The translations under genes and the position numbers were made by a program. A DNA stretch of 64,000 nt from an uncultured Pseudomonadota bacterium (lineage in GTDB: Bacteria; Pseudomonadota; Gammaproteobacteria; Ga0077536). Location: assembly GCA_902597385.1 (NCBI GenBank), contig CACJXQ010000001.1, forward strand, positions 31,910 through 95,909. The letters are read 5' to 3'. The notes below the pieces were generated by a model. That model searched no databases and was not told the origin of the DNA. It saw nothing but the letters and a program-made list of their open reading frames with translations. This document shows, piece by piece, positions 58,994 through 64,000 of this stretch (positions are counted from its first letter, which is position 1; every line of letters starts with the position of its first letter).

Positions 58994-61900
58994 CTACTGT
59001 AACTGACGCCAAGATTGTCTTCCTAAACTAGTACTCGCGCCGGTCACAGTACTAACGGTGGGATTAACCGATTGTGTGGAGGATTGGATCACGTAACTTT
59101 CGGTTGCATCGCCGCTCGATATTACGGTTACCGCCGAGACCGACTGTTGGCCCACCCGACCCGATACCGCCAAGCCACTGCTAGGATCGTTATCGGAGCT
59201 ATCTATTGTGCCATCATTATTTAGATCGAACACTGCAAATGATGTGCGAGATCCTGTAAGGGCATCAATTGCCATCAACGCCGACGATCCACCTACGCTT
59301 TGACATGATCCTCCAGGAACGAAGGTATTAAATAGCAGGAGCGCACTAGTTTGCGCAGTTCGTATTTGAGGGTCTGCTATTACTCTTTCTCCGGCTGGTC
59401 CGACGCTTCCTACTACTAAATCCATATACCAACCATTTTGACTTGAGTAGTCAACACTGTTATTTGAAGTGATCCTTATTTTTGATGTCTCTGTACCTAT
59501 CGTTTGGCTACTCTCACTAAGGATTGACTGAGGTTGTAATATGGAGTTTGGTTGTCCATTAGGTGGTAGAGCCCTGCTCGTAACTGAAGACACTGGTGAG
59601 CCGTTATCTCTTATTCCATAAAACGAATTGACTGCTACGCCTTCTTCAGAACCACTATCTACAATTTCATCGCCTTGAGAGAAGAACTTTCCCGTTCCAA
59701 ATAAAATGAGAAAACCGCCTTGAGGGTGGCTAGCGATTATTGGTTTCGTTGTTATAGGCTGGGCGGTACCAGATGGTGAAACTGCTTTGTAAAGTGGAAT
59801 ATTAGCCATTGCAACAGTCCAAGAATCTGCACTGCTTGAAGATAGGTCAAATTTCCATAGGTTCCCTTTCAAATCGCCCGCATAGGCCGAGTCAGCAATG
59901 AAGTCGCCATTTGTGTCTACAACTAAGGGTGTGCCCAGCCCATTATTTCCCTCTTCTCCCGTGGAGCCTGCGACTATTTTTTTCAGTAACGTACCGCTAG
60001 CTAGATCAATAATGAAAAGCTCTGGCTTTTCAGAGGAACTGTTATACCCATTGCCAATAACCACGACCCAAGAACCGTTATTAAGTCGAGCGATTTGAGG
60101 TTTGCCGATAACTTTGCCCATTTCGGGGTCCGCAAACTCCCATAAAATGTTATTCGTCGTAGGCGAGCTGATATTAGCAGTGTCAATTGCAAATATCGTA
60201 TTCCCGCCTCTTCCTAGAGTTCCGACAACAACATTCTTCCAAACGCCTCCTATAAAAGCGTCACTCGCGGTTAAAACTCCATCGACATAAAAGTCATGAT
60301 CATAGGTGGGATCGGTGAGTGAGGAGAGTTTTCCAAAAACCCCTTCCGGTACGTAGGCCATTACTTCTTCTCCACTGTTAGCGTCAAAGACGTGTAACAT
60401 CCCATCGTTGCTGCCAACAAAAACGGTATCAGTTATTCCTGATTTGGTGGCGAGATGAGTATTATAAGAACCTCCTTCTAAACCGGGGAGTTGATCAAAT
60501 GGGGCGCTGGCTTGTGCGCCAGTAATAGCTACCGGTGTTGAATGAACAATGTCTCCCAAAAGGGAGTTTCGGTTTCTCATTGTGCCACCTTGTGCTAATT
60601 CCAGAGATCTCTTGCCTCTGATGTAGTTGACTATATTTTCAGCATCAGGCCCTATAGTGGTTTTTTGGCTTGAAGATAGCTGACTAAATTGGAATTCGAT
60701 GCCACTTGGCGAGGATGCACTTTTATCGAAACTGAAAATTTTTCTGCTGCTTTCTAGGGGAATTAGAAGTGAGGCTTCCCATTGAGCTGCTCCAATCACG
60801 CCCTCTGTATTGATTGGGAAGGCAGAAAATGTACCCGACCAGTCCTCGCTATTGAAGGTGCCCTGAAATATAAGTGCATCAGTTTTTACTGATTGCGAGG
60901 TTGAGGCAGCAGCCGAAGCAGACCCGGTACGACTACCAATGTCGGCTAAAGCCGCAGACAGTGTGTCAATCAGTTGTTGTGGATTTTGACCAGGAAGATA
61001 TAGCCCTCGCGCGTTAAAAGCTGCATGCTGCATATCATCTACGGTGGTCTCTGAATCGGCCGCTGGCGTTGGCCAAGGAGGAGGAGGAGTAGAAGGATCA
61101 TGATTTGCAGGTATGGCACTTAAGGTTCCATTTAGGCCGTAGGAGACTGTATAGGTAACTAAGTGTTGTGCCGAATTCTCGTCAACGTCTGTGATCGTCG
61201 GGACATTATTTCCCAGTGTGGTAGATAAATCCTTTTCATAATATTTCATTGCGACATCGGCTAGTGTTGGAAAGACAAAGTCGCCATGAGGACCACCGTC
61301 GAAATCACTATTTCCATCTCCGTCTTCATTCCCTATGTCAGAAGGATTTGCCCCGTTCCAGAAGCCATCTGAGAAAAGTACATTAAAATTCTGCTGGCAC
61401 TCCCCACCCTCACTTTGCGAAAGAATTGGGCTGGCATTATCAAAACCCAAGGCCGAATGTGAAGCGCTATCGGTGGTATCAAAGTATCTTCCAACATCTC
61501 TTAATGTGGTTCTAAGGGGTGTAACACCTGAGGGCGTTATCTGAAAAAGATTTGCCATAAGATTATTTTTATTGCTTGGGTTCGTCATATCGGTGATCGC
61601 TGTTCCGACACCATTATTGTTTTGCAGAGTGGCAAGGCCCATTCTCGCTTGGGAAGTCGTAATTAATTGTGACATGGCTCTCTTCATTACGTATTCGCGT
61701 TTTCTATAGTAGGTAAACCAATTCGCGTAGTTGGTTTGTTCCGAAGAGCTCAGGTCGTCCACTCTGAAGAATCGTGAATCTCCACTGGATTCAATAAAAT
61801 CAAATCGATCGCGATAAAAAGTGGCAGTTACTGGTGCACTTAAACATTCACAAAGTTGCATTTCACCGTCGAGATTTCTTGCTTGGGAGATGGAATTAAA

Positions 61901-62485
61901 AGCGTTATTCCAGGCGAGGTCAGTGCGGCACGAACCATTATCAACAAACGTGCTATACCATGCAGGTCTATTAGAAAATTGGCCGATTCTGTCGTCAAAG
62001 ATGTTCAGTAAATTGGTGCTTCCTTCCGCGGGATTGAATGGATTATTTAAGGCCGATGAGATGCTCTGATCAGCATAAGCCACTCCGGAATTATTCACTC
62101 CTGACCACGGTGTATAAGTTTGAGCTGGGTCATAGGTCATTAGGTTGTAGGCGGGACATAGGTCCAGATCCATAAACCACTCGTCAGGGGAGAGATCGAT
62201 GAGCCTGATCTGAGAGAGGCCTAATACAGCTCCGAAAATAGAATTGAAGGGAATGAGAGACTCAAGTGCCGCATTTGCCTCGTCGGTGTTTAATACTTCG
62301 GAGTCCATAGAGCCGGAGTCGTCTAATGCGAAAAAGATGTTCGCTTGAACATCGTTAGCCAAAAATAGCGGTTTAGGAGGGATTGTAAAAACAGCAAATG
62401 CGTTTTTGACTAAAAATAGTGAGAAGAGTGTTAACAATACAACGAAGTGCTTTACGCTACCTCGAGGAAACAAAATTTTTTTCAT
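58994..62485 (-). CDS. pilY1: Type IV pilus tip-associated adhesin PilY1 (PilC family)
   Basis: 1163 aa. Signal peptide, an N-terminal vWA-like DDSGSMD MIDAS motif and a C-terminal beta-propeller-like region. Operon context fits. Confidence 0.8.
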   Translation of the reverse strand: MKKILFPRGSVKHFVVLLTLFSLFLVKNAFAVFTIPPKPLFLANDVQANIFFALDDSGSMDSEVLNTDEANAALESLIPFNSIFGAVLGLSQIRLIDLSPDEWFMDLDLCPAYNLMTYDPAQTYTPWSGVNNSGVAYADQSISSALNNPFNPAEGSTNLLNIFDDRIGQFSNRPAWYSTFVDNGSCRTDLAWNNAFNSISQARNLDGEMQLCECLSAPVTATFYRDRFDFIESSGDSRFFRVDDLSSSEQTNYANWFTYYRKREYVMKRAMSQLITTSQARMGLATLQNNNGVGTAITDMTNPSNKNNLMANLFQITPSGVTPLRTTLRDVGRYFDTTDSASHSALGFDNASPILSQSEGGECQQNFNVLFSDGFWNGANPSDIGNEDGDGNSDFDGGPHGDFVFPTLADVAMKYYEKDLSTTLGNNVPTITDVDENSAQHLVTYTVSYGLNGTLSAIPANHDPSTPPPPWPTPAADSETTVDDMQHAAFNARGLYLPGQNPQQLIDTLSAALADIGSRTGSASAAASTSQSVKTDALIFQGTFNSEDWSGTFSAFPINTEGVIGAAQWEASLLIPLESSRKIFSFDKSASSPSGIEFQFSQLSSSQKTTIGPDAENIVNYIRGKRSLELAQGGTMRNRNSLLGDIVHSTPVAITGAQASAPFDQLPGLEGGSYNTHLATKSGITDTVFVGSNDGMLHVFDANSGEEVMAYVPEGVFGKLSSLTDPTYDHDFYVDGVLTASDAFIGGVWKNVVVGTLGRGGNTIFAIDTANISSPTTNNILWEFADPEMGKVIGKPQIARLNNGSWVVVIGNGYNSSSEKPELFIIDLASGTLLKKIVAGSTGEEGNNGLGTPLVVDTNGDFIADSAYAGDLKGNLWKFDLSSSSADSWTVAMANIPLYKAVSPSGTAQPITTKPIIASHPQGGFLILFGTGKFFSQGDEIVDSGSEEGVAVNSFYGIRDNGSPVSSVTSRALPPNGQPNSILQPQSILSESSQTIGTETSKIRITSNNSVDYSSQNGWYMDLVVGSVGPAGERVIADPQIRTAQTSALLLFNTFVPGGSCQSVGGSSALMAIDALTGSRTSFAVFDLNNDGTIDSSDNDPSSGLAVSGRVGQQSVSAVTVISSGDATESYVIQSSTQSVNPTVSTVTGASTSLGRQSWRQLQ

Positions 62486-62528
62486 AATGTAGGTCTCATT
62501 GAAGCTTTCTGCTGTACATTTTTGATTC

Positions 62529-63038
62529 TCATTTTCTCGATAGGAGAGTAGATTGGACCATGGAGTTAGTTTGAGTATTTAAGCCAGAACCTTGTGCTGT
62601 GACTCTATAGTTGTAGCGCCAACAATCTTGATTTGCACTAGCGTCTACATCCAGAGCACAGTTGTCATCCCGTGGGACGGCGCCGGTTAATTCCATAATA
62701 TAGCTGGGTTGTTGGTTAACGCCAATAACTGTACCTGGAGTTAGCGTTACCCACGAAGCAAGTAGGCTGCTATCAAGCCAAACAGGCGAGGTTGGGTTAG
62801 GGGCGAAGAGTCCAGATATCCCGAAAGCTGACCCGAGCGGTAGATTGTCTGCAACTGACTCACCTGTTCTGAGGGCCGCTTCGCTACTATCAAAAGATAT
62901 TTGCTTACTGCGCGTAAAACCAGTCAATCGCTCTTCGACAACCGTGGTTTTCATCGCGGCTGTTCCCAGGATAGTCAAAATCAATAACACAACAAGCGAT
63001 ATTATTAATACCATCCCTCTTTCTTGTGTGTTTTTCAT
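62529..63038 (-). CDS. pilX: Type IV pilus minor pilin PilX
   Basis: MKNTQERGMVLIISLVVLLILTILG N-terminal PilX motif. Confidence 0.7.
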   Translation of the reverse strand: MKNTQERGMVLIISLVVLLILTILGTAAMKTTVVEERLTGFTRSKQISFDSSEAALRTGESVADNLPLGSAFGISGLFAPNPTSPVWLDSSLLASWVTLTPGTVIGVNQQPSYIMELTGAVPRDDNCALDVDASANQDCWRYNYRVTAQGSGLNTQTNSMVQSTLLSRK

Positions 63039-63039
63039 A

Positions 63040-64000
63040 TCAGGGCACTCTGTTGCGTAATCCGACAGTAGTGAAAAATTGTAATCTCAAGCGGCGGTCT
63101 GCGCCAGCCCCAGTATTGAAATTATCGCCTAAAAAATTGACGGCGACAGGCGAATCGGTTAAGAAATCTGTTTCGCTTTTAATTAGCAGTCCTATTCTAA
63201 TGCTAACTACTCGATTAAAGTCTGTCACTTCAGTAGCGGAAGCACGATAGATATCCGCAAATTCATCGCCTTGGGTGTCTTCTCCGTATAGAAACTGTAA
63301 CGATTCAACACCTCTCGCGATGGGTACAGCTTCAGGTGTAGAATTTTGATCTACAATGCCTAAGCGATATAATGTTGCGATGGGGTCAATTGTACCATCG
63401 TTGTTTCTATCTTTATTATCTGTTGCGAGGAAATAGGTGGAGCCTATAATTGGTGTCACAAAGGAATCGGCCGAATAGCTGTGTTGCAAACTTGTATTAG
63501 GTGTAAGGGTTGGGCCTGTTATAGAAGTTAAGCGAAAAAGATCTGCTCGCTGACAATCTGTAATCAGCATTAGGTCCTCCTGAAGAGGAGGAGTGCCGTT
63601 GAGCGCTATTCCTGGGAAATATGAATTAATATCAGCAGGACTCACAGTGACATCATCGCTTTTGCTCGTCATGGAAACTGTGGTAACCCCTATCGTAGGT
63701 GAGCTTTGTATAATTTGTAATACATCACTCACTCTGCAGGTGGCATTGTTCCCAAACGCAGCATTACAAATTGTCAGTGCTTGAGCAAAACTGTCACGAA
63801 TCGGCGCACCAGGAGGATTAAAACCCGTACCGCTGTCAAAGCCGAGAAGATGTTGTGAAGTTGAGATATCTGGCGGATTATTATTGGCAACGTTATTAAT
63901 GGCTATCTGTCTTCTACTGGCGCATCCCGTATATCCTGCCATTCTTATATCCCTGGACATTTCCTCCAACGCTAAGCGTCCATTATCTTGCATCCTTGTA
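63040..64000 (-). CDS. pilW: Type IV pilus assembly protein PilW, 5'-truncated by the window edge
   Basis: LALEEMSRDIRMAGYTGC is the conserved segment that follows the PilW N-terminal helix. The ORF stays open beyond 64000. Confidence 0.65.
   Translation of the reverse strand, partial: TRMQDNGRLALEEMSRDIRMAGYTGCASRRQIAINNVANNNPPDISTSQHLLGFDSGTGFNPPGAPIRDSFAQALTICNAAFGNNATCRVSDVLQIIQSSPTIGVTTVSMTSKSDDVTVSPADINSYFPGIALNGTPPLQEDLMLITDCQRADLFRLTSITGPTLTPNTSLQHSYSADSFVTPIIGSTYFLATDNKDRNNDGTIDPIATLYRLGIVDQNSTPEAVPIARGVESLQFLYGEDTQGDEFADIYRASATEVTDFNRVVSIRIGLLIKSETDFLTDSPVAVNFLGDNFNTGAGADRRLRLQFFTTVGLRNRVP

Noticed and set aside
1-64000. CRISPR arrays, IS elements, integrase or transposase genes
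   Set aside because: No regularly spaced short repeats and no protein with tyrosine or serine recombinase or DDE motifs were seen. The only mobile-element signature is the tRNA-Phe direct repeat.

Overview
This 64-kb window looks like a chromosomal segment from a low-GC (~40%) gammaproteobacterium. Supporting evidence: an E. coli-like type II citrate synthase, the mutY-yggX pair, DksA, and a pilW-pilX-pilY1-pilE minor-pilin operon. About 60 genes are tightly packed on both strands. Most are housekeeping or accessory metabolism: three MFS transporters, TauD, LLM and PhyH oxygenases, Xi-class GST plus pirin, an MBL hydrolase, a D-aminoacylase-like amidohydrolase, an RND efflux pair, two monoheme cytochromes c, argH, rsmE, AsmA, a fused 5-oxoprolinase, glpK/glpQ and ChaC. 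One tRNA gene is present (tRNA-Phe, anticodon GAA, minus strand). No rRNA, CRISPR array, transposase or integrase was recognised. The best sequence-supported unusual structure is a 45-nt direct duplicate of the tRNA-Phe 3' half lying 1.5 kb beyond the tRNA. It brackets an AT-rich islet that encodes only small secreted or membrane proteins, which is the signature of a degraded tRNA-targeting integrative element. Other points worth a second look follow. (a) A DksA homolog lacks three of the four zinc-finger cysteines and carries a ~110-aa lysine-rich, histone-H1-like N-terminal extension encoded across A10/A9/A8 homopolymer tracts. (b) An addB-addA (Fe-S AddB, CxxCx5C) helicase-nuclease pair is preceded by a TerB-like gene, which is unusual in a gammaproteobacterial context. 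(c) A locus combines an N-acyl-amide-type hydrolase (NAPE-PLD-like MBL), a D-aminoacylase-like amidohydrolase and a PhyH oxygenase with an 11-mer-repeat amphipathic protein. (d) Several ORFs fall below the size cutoff: a 43-aa Cys-rich peptide just upstream of the GST/pirin genes and two small hydrophobic peptides. (e) There is a tandem Cys-rich secreted protein. All functional calls rest on motif recognition by eye. No database search was possible.
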